Source: Polyangiaceae bacterium (lineage in GTDB: Bacteria > Myxococcota_A > Polyangia > Polyangiales > Polyangiaceae). Taken from it: a stretch of 64,000 nucleotides of DNA. Under the pieces are notes generated by a model. That model was not told where the DNA came from, searched no databases, and worked only from the letters and a program-made list of their open reading frames with translations. Location: the NCBI GenBank assembly GCA_965222375.1, contig CBDCTZ010000009.1:350662-414661 (forward strand), read 5' to 3'. The translations under genes and the position numbers were made by a program. Numbering within the stretch: the first letter of the stretch is position 1; each line of letters opens with the position of its first letter. Of this stretch, positions 9,697-19,790 are shown one piece after another.

Positions 9697-10356
9697 CTAC
9701 CTCGCTGCCAGCGCACAGATATCGGCGTTCTCCAGCGTTTGCTTGGGAGCGCCCTCGCGCGCTGCTCGGAGCATTGCGCGGCCGACCTCGGGCGTACTGG
9801 TCACGTACTTGGGCATCTTCTTGAGCAGGGGATACAGCGGCCGCATCAAGGCGTAGATTACCCGATAGCTCGTGACGGTCGACGTCGCGCCGCGCATAGG
9901 CTGAATCATCGCGGGGCGAAAGTTGTACTGCGCCCTGAAGGAAAACTCTCGCAGTCGATCTTCGGCCTCGGCTTTGACTCGCGCCCACATCTGCCCACTT
10001 TCGCGATCCGTGGATGCACCGCTGATGAAACAGAACGTCAGCTGGGGGCTCTGTCGCGCAAGCACCTCCGCTGCCGCGAGGGTGAAGTCGACAGTGATCT
10101 TGCGGTATTTTTCCTCGGACATTCCGGTCGCCGACACCCCCAAACACCACAGGCAGGCGTCGAAGCCCGTCAGCTGATCGGCGATTGCGGAAAGATCCGT
10201 GAAGTCGTCGTGGATGATCTGCTCGAGCTTGGCGTGCTCGACGTCGACGCTGCGCCGCCCGACCGTCGTAACCCCTTCGACGGTCGGGTCATCCAGACAC
10301 TCCAGCAGCGCGCCGTAGCCAATCATCCCCGACGCACCAAAGATCACCACCTTCAT
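9697..10356 (-). CDS. NAD-dependent epimerase/dehydratase-like protein
   Basis: MKVVIFGASGMIG, DACLWCLGVS, MWARVK motifs. Confidence 0.88.
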   Translation of the reverse strand: MKVVIFGASGMIGYGALLECLDDPTVEGVTTVGRRSVDVEHAKLEQIIHDDFTDLSAIADQLTGFDACLWCLGVSATGMSEEKYRKITVDFTLAAAEVLARQSPQLTFCFISGASTDRESGQMWARVKAEAEDRLREFSFRAQYNFRPAMIQPMRGATSTVTSYRVIYALMRPLYPLLKKMPKYVTSTPEVGRAMLRAAREGAPKQTLENADICALAAR

Positions 10357-10664
10357 CAGAGAACTCCGTTTCTCGTGCGGTCTACTAGATGTTTGGCTAC
10401 GGCGTTCACTAGTTGCGGTCCGCGTCCCCACCGGGGAGGCGGTGTGGAAGAACCTAGGGAAATCACGCGGTGACCGCCAGGGCCCTCTGGCTAGCCATTT
10501 GCGGAGGGCGCGTGCCTGCCCGGGAGAATCCTGGAGGCGCGGACCCCAGATTGGGGCAGTTACGGCGGAGCTTTCGTTTCGCAATGGCTGCGAGCCGGCG
10601 CTTGGACCTGTATGCTCCCGCCGTCGATGCGGTCAGACGAGGCGGAGCAAGCTGGAGGCCCTAG

Positions 10665-11576
10665 ATGAGCGAGCCCTGGCGGACCCTGAAGCAGCTCGTA
10701 CAGGATGCTTTGGCGCACGTGCTACCCGAGAACGACGGCGCAGCCATGCCCGCCTTCGTGCCGCGCTACGACCAGGTTTTCGAGTCGCTCACCCGCCAGC
10801 AGCTCTACGGGGACTCGTCCGAGTTGCTTGCGGAAGACTTGTTGGCGGACCTCTTCGATCCGAGCCACCGCAGTGATCACTTTCTGAACTACTACTCGGA
10901 AGAGGGGGCGAAACTCGCCTTTGAGCGATACGGCTTCTATCAACTGCTGCGTGACAAGGGGTTCGACCCGCAGCTCACCGGAGATCTGTCCGATCCGGAT
11001 GAGCACAAGTTGCGCATCTACGATGGCAGCGAGAGTGCGGACAATCTGTTGATCGAACTGGCGGTGGGCTTTCGGGATCTGGACCTCCCGGACGGCGCAC
11101 CCTGCCACCTACTGTTCATCAACTGGCTACTGATGCAAAACCCCCGCGAGTCCTTTCCCCCAAATCGGTCACCGCTGCCGGATCAATCCCACCCCGGATT
11201 GGGCCTCTTCCCCCACTTTGGCTACTTGCTCCGCCTGATGGCGCTGCGGCTCGAGTGTGACGGTCTGTTGAACAACCCGGCTCATTTCTACAATGGCGTC
11301 CTGTATGGGCGCTTCTTTCACTTCATCGACCCGAAAGTCGAAGGCCGATTCCGTGCCTTCGAGCGCGACTTGGAGGAGCTGTCCTTGGCGGAGGCAACGG
11401 CTGCACTGGCCGATGGCAGGGTGACGGATGCGGAGGGCACGCCGGTTCATTGGGAGCCAGCGGGCCAAGTGGCGCCGATCACGAACAAGGCCCGACGCTG
11501 GTTCGCGAGCGAAGCATATCGAGCCGAAGTCGCGCGGGTGCTGGAGACCTCCCACTTTCAGGTGGCGTCAGCCTAG
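10665..11576 (+). CDS. conserved hypothetical protein (resembles the C-terminal extension of some bacterial HDAC-family proteins)
   Basis: INWLLMQNPR..F...R.PLPDQSHPGLG motif recalled from memory; long ORF with typical codon use. Confidence 0.6.
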   Translation: MSEPWRTLKQLVQDALAHVLPENDGAAMPAFVPRYDQVFESLTRQQLYGDSSELLAEDLLADLFDPSHRSDHFLNYYSEEGAKLAFERYGFYQLLRDKGFDPQLTGDLSDPDEHKLRIYDGSESADNLLIELAVGFRDLDLPDGAPCHLLFINWLLMQNPRESFPPNRSPLPDQSHPGLGLFPHFGYLLRLMALRLECDGLLNNPAHFYNGVLYGRFFHFIDPKVEGRFRAFERDLEELSLAEATAALADGRVTDAEGTPVHWEPAGQVAPITNKARRWFASEAYRAEVARVLETSHFQVASA

Positions 11577-11589
11577 GGCGGTGTGCGTG

Positions 11590-11997
11590 ATGGAGTCTTC
11601 CCGACGCAAACGCATCGAGTGGGTCCTGAGGATCGCGGTGGCGGCCGAATTCCTTGGACACGGTGCCTTTGCGCTGATGCACAAGCCTGATTGGATTCAG
11701 TTCGTCACGCTGTTTGGGTTCTCGGCGGAGGTCGCTCCAACGCTGATGACTGCGGTGGGCGCGCTGGATGTTGGCCTCGCGATTCTGGTCTTGGTGCGGC
11801 CGCTTCGCGGCGCGCTGCTTTGGATGAGCTTCTGGGGACTGTTCACGGCTAGCCTCAGACCCCTCGCTGGGATGTCCTTTCTGGATTTCGTCGAGCGTGG
11901 GCCGAATTGGGGCGCGCCCTTGGCACTTTTGCTCCTACTCGGCTGGCCCAAGAGCTGGCGAGACCTGCTCAACTCGGGCGATTCCGACAGCGCTTGA
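11590..11997 (+). CDS. DoxX-like membrane protein
   Basis: LRIAVAAEFLGHG motif, about four TM segments. Confidence 0.7.
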   Translation: MESSRRKRIEWVLRIAVAAEFLGHGAFALMHKPDWIQFVTLFGFSAEVAPTLMTAVGALDVGLAILVLVRPLRGALLWMSFWGLFTASLRPLAGMSFLDFVERGPNWGAPLALLLLLGWPKSWRDLLNSGDSDSA

Positions 11998-12098
11998 CGC
12001 AGCTCAGCGCCAACGGCACCGGCCCGAGCACCATCGAAACGGGTCGCGCGCCGTGCCAGCAACCAAGCGCCGCGCTGGGAAGCGCCCACGAAAGTGGA

Positions 12099-12893
12099 TC
12101 ACATGCCCTGCAATATGGGAATGCTGCGCAGCGGGTTTTCGGCAGCCACGATGACCCAGATCGGTCCGACCTCGGGCGCTGCCGTGCCCCGCGCGACCCA
12201 AGTCGATTGAAAGCGGGTGCCGTCGGCTTGGAAGCTGTAGTCCACGTAGTAGTTGGTCGTTCTGTTCTGCACGACGGGCTCGACCTTATCCACTCGGCCG
12301 AGCCTAGCTTCACCATTGCGAAACAGTAGACGCTCTTTCAGCGCCACGACCCAACCAATCAGCATGAACAGCACGCCGAGGGCAGCAAGGCCGACGCCCA
12401 TCCAGTACGTCCCCGAACCGATGGATGACAGTCGCGTGCCCGGCCAGCGCGCGCGGGAAGGCTTCTGCGGATCGTATTCGATCTCCAGCGGCTTTCCGGC
12501 CTTGGCGGCTTCGAGCTGGCTGGTGTGGGTCTCCGTTATCGTGGTCTTGTGCCGTTTGCCATCGGCTGCAACGAACTCCAGATCGATGTCGTGGATTTCG
12601 ATCTGCCCACCACTGGTCGTGGCGACGAAGCGAGAGGAGACGGGGGTTGCGTTGGTTCGTGTGCCCCGAGCGTTCAGCGCCTCGTCGTCGTCGGCGGCGC
12701 TCGACATGACCCACAGCACACCGGCGCCCACGACGCCGATGAGCCCGAATACCAGGCCTAGGGCCAGGAGCATTCTTGCCGTGGAACTCCGCACCCAGGC
12801 TGGAACGTCCCGGGGTGGGGCAGGGGGCTTCCCCACAAGGCCGTCTACCTCGTCGTCGCGCTCTCGAGGCTGGTTCGAGTCACTGCCTGCCAT
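12099..12893 (-). CDS. DUF3592-like membrane protein
   Basis: Two TM helices flanking a beta domain with IEYDPQKPSRAR; similar second module at the C-terminus. Confidence 0.7.
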   Translation of the reverse strand: MAGSDSNQPRERDDEVDGLVGKPPAPPRDVPAWVRSSTARMLLALGLVFGLIGVVGAGVLWVMSSAADDDEALNARGTRTNATPVSSRFVATTSGGQIEIHDIDLEFVAADGKRHKTTITETHTSQLEAAKAGKPLEIEYDPQKPSRARWPGTRLSSIGSGTYWMGVGLAALGVLFMLIGWVVALKERLLFRNGEARLGRVDKVEPVVQNRTTNYYVDYSFQADGTRFQSTWVARGTAAPEVGPIWVIVAAENPLRSIPILQGM

Positions 12894-13060
12894 GCCCACG
12901 GTGTTCAAATAGAGGTGTGCGCTCCAGTGGGCAAGACAGTTCGCGCCGACTCTCCGTCTGAGCCGCGTCCCGGCGGATCTTGCCATGGGAATCGCGACGG
13001 CTTGACCCTTGCGTTTCGTCGCCAGCTGATCGGAAACTCCGCGCCAAACGAGGAGAGCCC

Positions 13061-14035
13061 GTGAAGACGAAAATCACTGAACTGTTTGGCATCGAGCACC
13101 CGATCATCCAAGGCGGCATGCACTACGTTGGCTTTGCGGAACTCGCAGCCGCCGTGTCGAACGCGGGAGGCCTTGGGATCATCACCGGTTTGACCCAGGA
13201 CACTCCGGACAAGCTCTCAGCAGAGATCGCCCGTTGCCGCGAAATGACGGACAAGCCCTTTGGCGTCAACCTGACCTTCCTACCGGCCTTCGCAGCTCCG
13301 GACTACCCCGGCTACATCGACGCGATCATCGGCGGGGGCGTCAAGATCGTCGAGACGGCCGGGCGCAATCCTCAAGAGTACCTGCCCAAGATGAAGGAGG
13401 CGGGCATCAAAATCATCCACAAGTGCACGTCGGTTCGCCATTCCCTCAAGGCAGAGAAGATCGGCTGCGACGCAGTTTCTGTCGATGGTTTCGAGTGCGG
13501 CGGTCATCCCGGCGAAGACGACATCCCCAACATGATCCTGCTGCCCCGCGCCGCGGACGAGCTGTCGATACCCTTCGTTGCATCCGGCGGCATGGCCGAC
13601 GCCCGCTCCTTGGTCGCATCTTTGGCCATGGGCGCCGAGGGCATGAACATGGGCACGCGCTTCATCGCAACCAAAGAAGCCCCAGTGCACGACAACGTGA
13701 AGCAGGCCATCCTCGCTGCTTCCGAGCTGGACACACGCCTGGTGATGCGGCCGCTGCGCAACACCGAGCGGGTCATGAACAACGCCGCGGTCGAGCGTAT
13801 TCTCGAAAAGGAGCGCGAACTGGGCAAAGACCTGCAGATCACCGACATCATCCAGGAGGTTGCCGGCGTCTATCCCCAGATCATGCTCGAAGGCACCATG
13901 GACGCGGGGGCGTGGTCTTGCGGCATGGTGGCAGGGCTGATCAATGACGTTCCCAGCTGCAAAGAGCTAATCGACCGCATCATGCGAGACGCTGAAAGCA
14001 TGATTAAGCAGCGCCTCACGGGGTTGCTGAACTAG
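13061..14035 (+). CDS. nitronate monooxygenase-family flavin oxidoreductase
   Basis: HPIIQGGM, SNAGGLG, DGFECGGHPG, ASGG, MGTRF; RBS AGGAG. Confidence 0.93.
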   Translation: MKTKITELFGIEHPIIQGGMHYVGFAELAAAVSNAGGLGIITGLTQDTPDKLSAEIARCREMTDKPFGVNLTFLPAFAAPDYPGYIDAIIGGGVKIVETAGRNPQEYLPKMKEAGIKIIHKCTSVRHSLKAEKIGCDAVSVDGFECGGHPGEDDIPNMILLPRAADELSIPFVASGGMADARSLVASLAMGAEGMNMGTRFIATKEAPVHDNVKQAILAASELDTRLVMRPLRNTERVMNNAAVERILEKERELGKDLQITDIIQEVAGVYPQIMLEGTMDAGAWSCGMVAGLINDVPSCKELIDRIMRDAESMIKQRLTGLLN

Positions 14036-14078
14036 CTCCCCGGCCCCATGGACCAGGCCGAAAGGCCTCGTATCAGTG

Positions 14079-14411
14079 ATGTTGAAGACTCCGATTGGCC
14101 GCCTGCGCCTCGTGGCGTTCGTGGAAGGTTGTTCCTACCTAGCGCTGCTTGGTGTGGCCATGCCGCTCAAGTACCTGGCGGGCATGCCCCAGGCGGTGCG
14201 CATCGTCGGCTCGATCCACGGTGGCCTGTTCCTGGTGTTCTGCGTCGCCTTGCTCCAAGCCATGCTTGCGGCGCGCTGGTCGTTGCTTCGCAGCGCAGTC
14301 ATTTTCGCGTCGTCCCTCGTGCCTTTCGGGACGTTCTTCGTAGATGGCTCGCTGAAGCGAGATGACGATTCCCTTCGGCTGGCTGCCGCGACGGAGTCCA
14401 CACTGGCGTAG
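14079..14411 (+). CDS. DUF3817 membrane protein
   Basis: EG.SYL.LL.VAMPLKY...G.IHG...PFGTF. Confidence 0.88.
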   Translation: MLKTPIGRLRLVAFVEGCSYLALLGVAMPLKYLAGMPQAVRIVGSIHGGLFLVFCVALLQAMLAARWSLLRSAVIFASSLVPFGTFFVDGSLKRDDDSLRLAAATESTLA

Positions 14412-14538
14412 GCGGGGCCACCGACGAGATCCGGTGTGCGGGAGATCTTCGCGGTCAACGCAACGAGGCGAGTAGACGGAATTCTGGCCTGGCACGAGCC
14501 CCACAACATCTACGGTCATGTACCACTGAGGTCTGCGC

Positions 14539-16632
14539 TCAGGCGTGCACGGCCCCGCGTGAAAGGCGAGGGTCAGCGGGCGGAATCGCCGCAGCGACCT
14601 CCGTGACGACCGCATGTCGGATCGCCTCGCAGATCCGGTGGCAGCAGCGGCTCAGGCCGCGACTCTGGGACAGATTCATGAGCATCACGATGCCGACCGC
14701 GTCCTCGAGGTAGATCCTGGTTTCACTGCAGAAGCCTTCGCCGCCACCCTCGTGGTTCCAGAACTTGGTGTCGCCAACCGACCCCCGCTTCCAGCCCAGT
14801 CCGACTCCGTCTTGCGACACGATGCCCGCGGCGCCACGGCTCTGCAGGGTCAAGATCTGTTTCTTGGACTGCTGTCGCAGCAGGCCATCTCGCTGCGACA
14901 GCATCTCCCGTACGAAGGGTAGGAACTGCGTTGCGTTCCCGACGAGGCCTCCAATCGCTGCGCTGTCGAGACCATAGTGGTGCAAAGCTGTCAGCCCGCC
15001 GATGCGCCGAGCGTAAATCCGGCGCGCGACTTCCGGGAACCCAACGCGCAGCGCGACGCCCATTGCCGACACCCGCGGGGCGTGGCCGAACGCCAGCGGG
15101 CCGGCACCTGTGAGTCCTGTCCCGAATTGTAGGTCGGCGCCCAGAGGTGCGAGCAGATTGCGTTCGACGAAATCTTCGTAGCTCTCTCCGGCGACGCGTT
15201 CCACCAGCGCTCCCAGGATAGCGTAGTTCACGTTGCGGTATTGCGCCTCGCCTCCAGGCGGCTTTCCGCGGGCGACGCGATAGGCTTCCAGGGCGTCGGT
15301 GGCAGAAGGCGGTTCCTCGCCCGGCAGGTGTACGGCGAGGAAGCCGTTCAAGCTGTCCGAGAGTCCCGACGCGTGACTTGCGAGGTGCCGCACCGTGAGC
15401 AACGGGCTCACGGGCAGGTCGGGCAGGTGTTCGACGATCGGCGCGTCCAGGTCGAGCTGGCCTCGCTCTACCAAAAGCATCACTGCTGCCGCCGTGTATA
15501 GCTTCGTTCCTGAAAACAGGTGGAAACGCGTTTCGGCTTTGACCCGATGTTTCCCCTCCAGGTCAGCCATGCCAAAGCTGAAGACTCTGCGCGGAGCCGC
15601 GGGACTGGTTACCGCAATCGAGCAGCCCACGACGCCGCCAAGTAGCAGTTGCTCCTCGATGTAGCGTTGCACGTCCGCCGAGATGAAGGGCGCCGCTGGC
15701 GTCGGTGCCAGCTGGCGGAAGAGCACGTCGCTGTAGGGCGTCAGGGTTGGTCCAGAATCGAAGGTCGAGTCGAACTCCGCTGCGAGTTTCGTCCACTCGT
15801 CGTGGGCGTGCAAAGCGTGGCCCAACTTGAACTCCGCTGCTTTGCCACGGAGCCTGGCGCGCATCGCTGCGAGCAGTGCGGGCTCGGGCAAAACATCGAA
15901 CATGCGGTGCATCGCCGGCGTGATCGACACCCCGCTGTGTCGAAGCATGGCGTAGCCCTCCCGGATGGAGCGCAGCATCAGGCGCAGCTCGCCGTCGCTA
16001 CCGGCAAGGCGATCCGGATCTCCGGCCGCTCGATACAGGGCGGCCACCGTGGGGAGGATCTCCGCGGCGTGGGTCTTGAGCCACGCGTCCATGTCGTCAC
16101 TGATGGCGCTTGGGAAGCCAGCGGCTTCCAGGGCAGAGGCAATTCGCATGGTGCGGGCCGTCGTGCTGCCGTCGAGCTCGCCAATGGTCGTGGGTTGCTC
16201 GCGCTTCGAAGTAATGACGTAGCGCACGACCCGCCCAGCGGACACGGCGCCCGCACCGGGAAAGCCAAGCAACACTCGAGCGGGCCCCAGGGCGTCCACC
16301 AGCTCTTTCGACCCCGTGACGTTGTTGCCAAAGAACATCACGTTGGGCGACCGGCGATTTTTCGCGAGCACCGGGAGCACTTGCGAGACCTTGTCGCGGG
16401 GCAGCACCACCAGCACGAGGTCGTAAGCGTCGTCAGCCGCCAGCTGCCCCACGGCCTCCACAGCCACCGCGCTGCGCAGTCCGCTGACGCCGTCCTGCAG
16501 CTCGATGCCGTGCTCGCGGATTTCGCTCGACCTATCCCCCCTCGCGAGGATGGATACGTCGCAGCCGCTGGCGGCGAGTTTTCCCGCATACAGACGCCCT
16601 ATGTTGCCCGCACCGTAGACCAGGATCTTCAT
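14539..16632 (-). CDS. fusion of ketopantoate reductase-like and serine hydrolase (beta-lactamase family) domains
   Basis: MKILVYGAGNIG, LLGFPGAG, AWLKTH; then FSGTK (SxxK), LASHASGL, YRN, HEG. Confidence 0.85.
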   Translation of the reverse strand: MKILVYGAGNIGRLYAGKLAASGCDVSILARGDRSSEIREHGIELQDGVSGLRSAVAVEAVGQLAADDAYDLVLVVLPRDKVSQVLPVLAKNRRSPNVMFFGNNVTGSKELVDALGPARVLLGFPGAGAVSAGRVVRYVITSKREQPTTIGELDGSTTARTMRIASALEAAGFPSAISDDMDAWLKTHAAEILPTVAALYRAAGDPDRLAGSDGELRLMLRSIREGYAMLRHSGVSITPAMHRMFDVLPEPALLAAMRARLRGKAAEFKLGHALHAHDEWTKLAAEFDSTFDSGPTLTPYSDVLFRQLAPTPAAPFISADVQRYIEEQLLLGGVVGCSIAVTSPAAPRRVFSFGMADLEGKHRVKAETRFHLFSGTKLYTAAAVMLLVERGQLDLDAPIVEHLPDLPVSPLLTVRHLASHASGLSDSLNGFLAVHLPGEEPPSATDALEAYRVARGKPPGGEAQYRNVNYAILGALVERVAGESYEDFVERNLLAPLGADLQFGTGLTGAGPLAFGHAPRVSAMGVALRVGFPEVARRIYARRIGGLTALHHYGLDSAAIGGLVGNATQFLPFVREMLSQRDGLLRQQSKKQILTLQSRGAAGIVSQDGVGLGWKRGSVGDTKFWNHEGGGEGFCSETRIYLEDAVGIVMLMNLSQSRGLSRCCHRICEAIRHAVVTEVAAAIPPADPRLSRGAVHA

Positions 16633-16954
16633 GCCAGAGCGATCCAGTGCAAAGTCCGAGCCTTTCGTCTCGTCCAAGCCAATTGCCACAGGAACAGGCT
16701 CGGCCGGCAACTGTCGCGCGCCCAGGCCCGAGCCGCGCACTCCCTGCGCGGAAAAGGAGTGGCAAAAGAACCTACACTGGGACTCCACCCTGCTGCTTTT
16801 GAGCTGGATGCTCGCATCGTTTCGCGTCGCTGATCGATCGCATGTTCACCTTCCGGCGCGGAGAACGTGAAGCAGAGCGCGGCCCTCATTCGAGCGGCGG
16901 CGATCTCGAAGCTCACGCGGGGCTTGCCTGAACCTTGCGGAAATGGGACCGTGA

Positions 16955-17329
16955 GTGGAGCAAAGAAAGCGCTACGCGCACCGTCGGCGTTGGAGCAGGC
17001 GGACGCGAACGTCGCCAACATCCATGAAAAACACCAGTACTGGTTCGAGGCGTCGCGCGCTTCTCGAGCGTGCAGCCGGCCAGGCCGCAGACGAGTGGGT
17101 CGATCAATTGAAGCGCGAGCTGCTCGCGGAGCAGCGCACTCCGTCCGGAGGCTGGCCTGGCACCGTGGGCGAAGCGCGCAATTGGTCCAGAGCCTACGCG
17201 CTGCGTCTCGCCGAGCTGGCTCAATCTCCGCCCACCGCGGAGGAACTCGAATTCTACGCCCGTCGAACCTACGCCCATGCTCGGGGCAAGTGGCTGGAAC
17301 GCCCGAACGGCGGCCCATCCCGCAAGTGA
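16955..17329 (+). CDS. hypothetical protein
   Basis: Helical ORF with GGWPGTVGEAR motif filling the intergenic gap; start uncertain (possibly 17024). Confidence 0.55.
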   Translation: MEQRKRYAHRRRWSRRTRTSPTSMKNTSTGSRRRALLERAAGQAADEWVDQLKRELLAEQRTPSGGWPGTVGEARNWSRAYALRLAELAQSPPTAEELEFYARRTYAHARGKWLERPNGGPSRK

Positions 17330-17345
17330 CCCGCGCCCCGCGCGC

Positions 17346-18314
17346 TCAGGGATAGGTCCGGGTGCCTCGGTCCTGGGGCGCTGTGAAATCCAGTTCCGGC
17401 CCCAGGGGCACGATGCCCCGCGGGTTGATGCCTGGGCTGCGTCCGTAATAGCCCTGCTTGTACAGATCCACGCGCACTGTCTCGCCGATACCCGGGGTCT
17501 GAAACAGATCCCGCAGGTAGGGCCACATATTCGGGTAGTCGACGATGCGGCGCAGGTTGCATTTGAAGTGCCCGAAATACACTGCATCGAACCGCGCCAG
17601 GGTGGGGAACAGCCGCACGTCTGCAAGCGTGAGTTGGTCGCCAACCAAGTAGCGATGTTGACACAGGCGCTGCTCGACTTCGTCCAGCGCCGCAAACAAG
17701 GGGACAAATGCCGCTTCATAGGCTTGCTGGGTGCGTGCGAAGCCGCATTTGTAGACGCCGTTGTTGATCTTCGAATAGACCCACTCGTTCACTTCATCGA
17801 TTTCGGCGCGCAGCGATTCCGGATAGAGATCGATGTCCCGCGCTGCCATACCTTCGAACTCAGCGTTGAGCATTTGGATGATCTCGGCGGATTCGTTGCT
17901 GACGATGGTCTTTCGCTCCCGGTCCCAGAGCACGGGCACTGTGGCACTGCCCGAGTACTCGCCGTTGGCGCGGGCGTAGAGCACATGCAGGGGCAGGCGG
18001 CCCTCCACAGGCTCTAGGTCGTCGAGCCCCTCGGGAAACCACCAGCCGTCTTCATTGCGTCGGTGATGCGCGATCGACATGCCGATCACGTCGACCAGGC
18101 CCTTCAGGTTGCGCGTCAACATGGTTCGGTGCGCCCAAGGGCAGTTGTAGGCGACGAAGAGATGGTACCGCCCCACCTGCGGCGAGTAAGGGCTAGTGCC
18201 GTCGGCGCGGATCCAGTCGCGGAACTTCGTCACGCCGCGAATGAACTCGCCACTGTCGCCGATGCGGGTCTGCTCCTCGGAGCTCACCCACCTGCCATTG
18301 ACCAGCTTTCCCAT
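17346..18314 (-). CDS. glutathionyl-hydroquinone reductase (YqjG-like GST)
   Basis: RYHL...CPWAHR, TVPVLWD, NESAEI, INNGVYKCGFA, FKCN. Confidence 0.93.
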   Translation of the reverse strand: MGKLVNGRWVSSEEQTRIGDSGEFIRGVTKFRDWIRADGTSPYSPQVGRYHLFVAYNCPWAHRTMLTRNLKGLVDVIGMSIAHHRRNEDGWWFPEGLDDLEPVEGRLPLHVLYARANGEYSGSATVPVLWDRERKTIVSNESAEIIQMLNAEFEGMAARDIDLYPESLRAEIDEVNEWVYSKINNGVYKCGFARTQQAYEAAFVPLFAALDEVEQRLCQHRYLVGDQLTLADVRLFPTLARFDAVYFGHFKCNLRRIVDYPNMWPYLRDLFQTPGIGETVRVDLYKQGYYGRSPGINPRGIVPLGPELDFTAPQDRGTRTYP

Positions 18315-18383
18315 GTTCTCGTTTGCTAGGTGTAGGGCGGGCGCTGCGAAAACGGCACCCCCGCTCAGACGCCTAGGGCAAGC

Positions 18384-18752
18384 TCAAGCTTCGCTCCACA
18401 CGGCGAGTTCGTTGCCGCTCGGATCCGCGAAGTGAAAGCGGCGTCCGCCCGGGAACTCGAAGGGCGGCTTGGTTATCTTGCCGCCCGCAGCCTCGACCTG
18501 CTTGACGGTTGTCGCCAAATCCCGGGAGTACAGCACCACGAGCGGCCCGCCCTTGGCGACGGAGTCTGCAACACACAGACCTCCGGACTCCCCGCCACCC
18601 TCCTTCTGGATCGCCGCATAGCCCGGGCTGTAGTCGTTGAACTTCCAGCCGAAAGCGCTGTGATAGAAACGCTGCGACGCCGCCATTTCGGCGACGTAGA
18701 TCTCGATGTAGTCGATGCCATGGTGCGGGTGATGGACCGGTGTTTCACTCAT
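18384..18752 (-). CDS. VOC/glyoxalase family protein
   Basis: IDYIE, FPGGRRFHFADPSGNELAVWS. Confidence 0.92.
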   Translation of the reverse strand: MSETPVHHPHHGIDYIEIYVAEMAASQRFYHSAFGWKFNDYSPGYAAIQKEGGGESGGLCVADSVAKGGPLVVLYSRDLATTVKQVEAAGGKITKPPFEFPGGRRFHFADPSGNELAVWSEA

Positions 18753-18964
18753 GCTGGTGGTTGCAGCCTAGCCCAAGAGCCAAGCCAAAGGAGCCGCGTT
18801 TGTTTTTGGGGGGGGGCGCACCCCTTCGGGTATTGCGCCGTCGGGCATCGCGAAGCGCGTCACAAGCGCGTCATCCCTGGGGCAGGGAGGGGCACTACTC
18901 TCGCCCTGGCCTACGCAACACGGGTGGCTGCGGCGCGAGGGCATGGTGCGCTAGGCTACGCAGC

Positions 18965-19216
18965 ATGTTGCGTCGGTGCATTGCTGCCTTGGGACATGCG
19001 CCAGCGTTGTGGTTGCTGTATCGCGAGAAGCTACCGCCGCCACTGATTCGGCAGAACGTGCTCGCGGTCGGTGCGACGCTTCTCGTGGTCCTGCTCGCGG
19101 CCAGCCTGGCCCCGCCGGGTCGCCGGGTCGCCGCAGCCGTGGCGGCGTGGCTGTGTGGGCATCTCGCTTGGGGTGTACTGCTCTTCTTTCGCCTCCCGAC
19201 CAGAGCCGACGAATGA
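18965..19216 (+). CDS. small membrane protein
   Basis: 83 aa with two hydrophobic segments. Confidence 0.45.
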   Translation: MLRRCIAALGHAPALWLLYREKLPPPLIRQNVLAVGATLLVVLLAASLAPPGRRVAAAVAAWLCGHLAWGVLLFFRLPTRADE

Positions 19217-19266
19217 CGGCGTCCCACCCTTGGAGGTGCCGCTGCGCTCCGAACCCGCATCAACGC

Positions 19267-19713
19267 CTAGCGGTCGTCGTGGCTTCGGGCGCCGGATTGC
19301 GTGCGCGCTTCCGGTTGCGCTCCCGGGTAGTGGTCGAACTCGATCACATTGCGGTCCGGATCGCGAACGAACACCGCACGCAAGTCCTTGAACGCCATCG
19401 TCTCCGTGATCTCGATGCCGCGCTCCTCCAGGAAGGCCTTAGTCTCCTCAAGGGAGGCCGCGCGCAGCGCGATATGCGTGTAGCCAGCGTGCTTGTCCTC
19501 GACATCCATCAACACGTTGGAGCCCGCACCGGCATTGGCTGGGCCCAACAAGTTGATCACCACGCCGCTGGGGTGCTCCATGATGATGGGCTGCCCTTTT
19601 TCGAACACACCTTCGGCCATGACCTTGAACCCGAGCTGTTCGTAGAACGCGACAGCGCGCTGCTTTTCGTGAACGCGAATTCCCACATGGTCGATCTTTT
19701 TAATGTCCAGCAT
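19267..19713 (-). CDS. VOC/glyoxalase family protein
   Basis: IDHVGIRV, GYTHIAL, FVRDPDRNVIE. Confidence 0.9.
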   Translation of the reverse strand: MLDIKKIDHVGIRVHEKQRAVAFYEQLGFKVMAEGVFEKGQPIIMEHPSGVVINLLGPANAGAGSNVLMDVEDKHAGYTHIALRAASLEETKAFLEERGIEITETMAFKDLRAVFVRDPDRNVIEFDHYPGAQPEARTQSGARSHDDR

Positions 19714-19790
19714 CTGGCCTCTGCTCGTGGGAAACCGGGCAAACTCTCTATGAGGAGATAAGGCTGCCCGGGTCGTCTGCAAGTGAAAAT

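Noticed and set aside
18803..18816. T5-G9 homopolymer as a phase-variation switch
   Set aside because: Intergenic, with no evident promoter or frame dependence.
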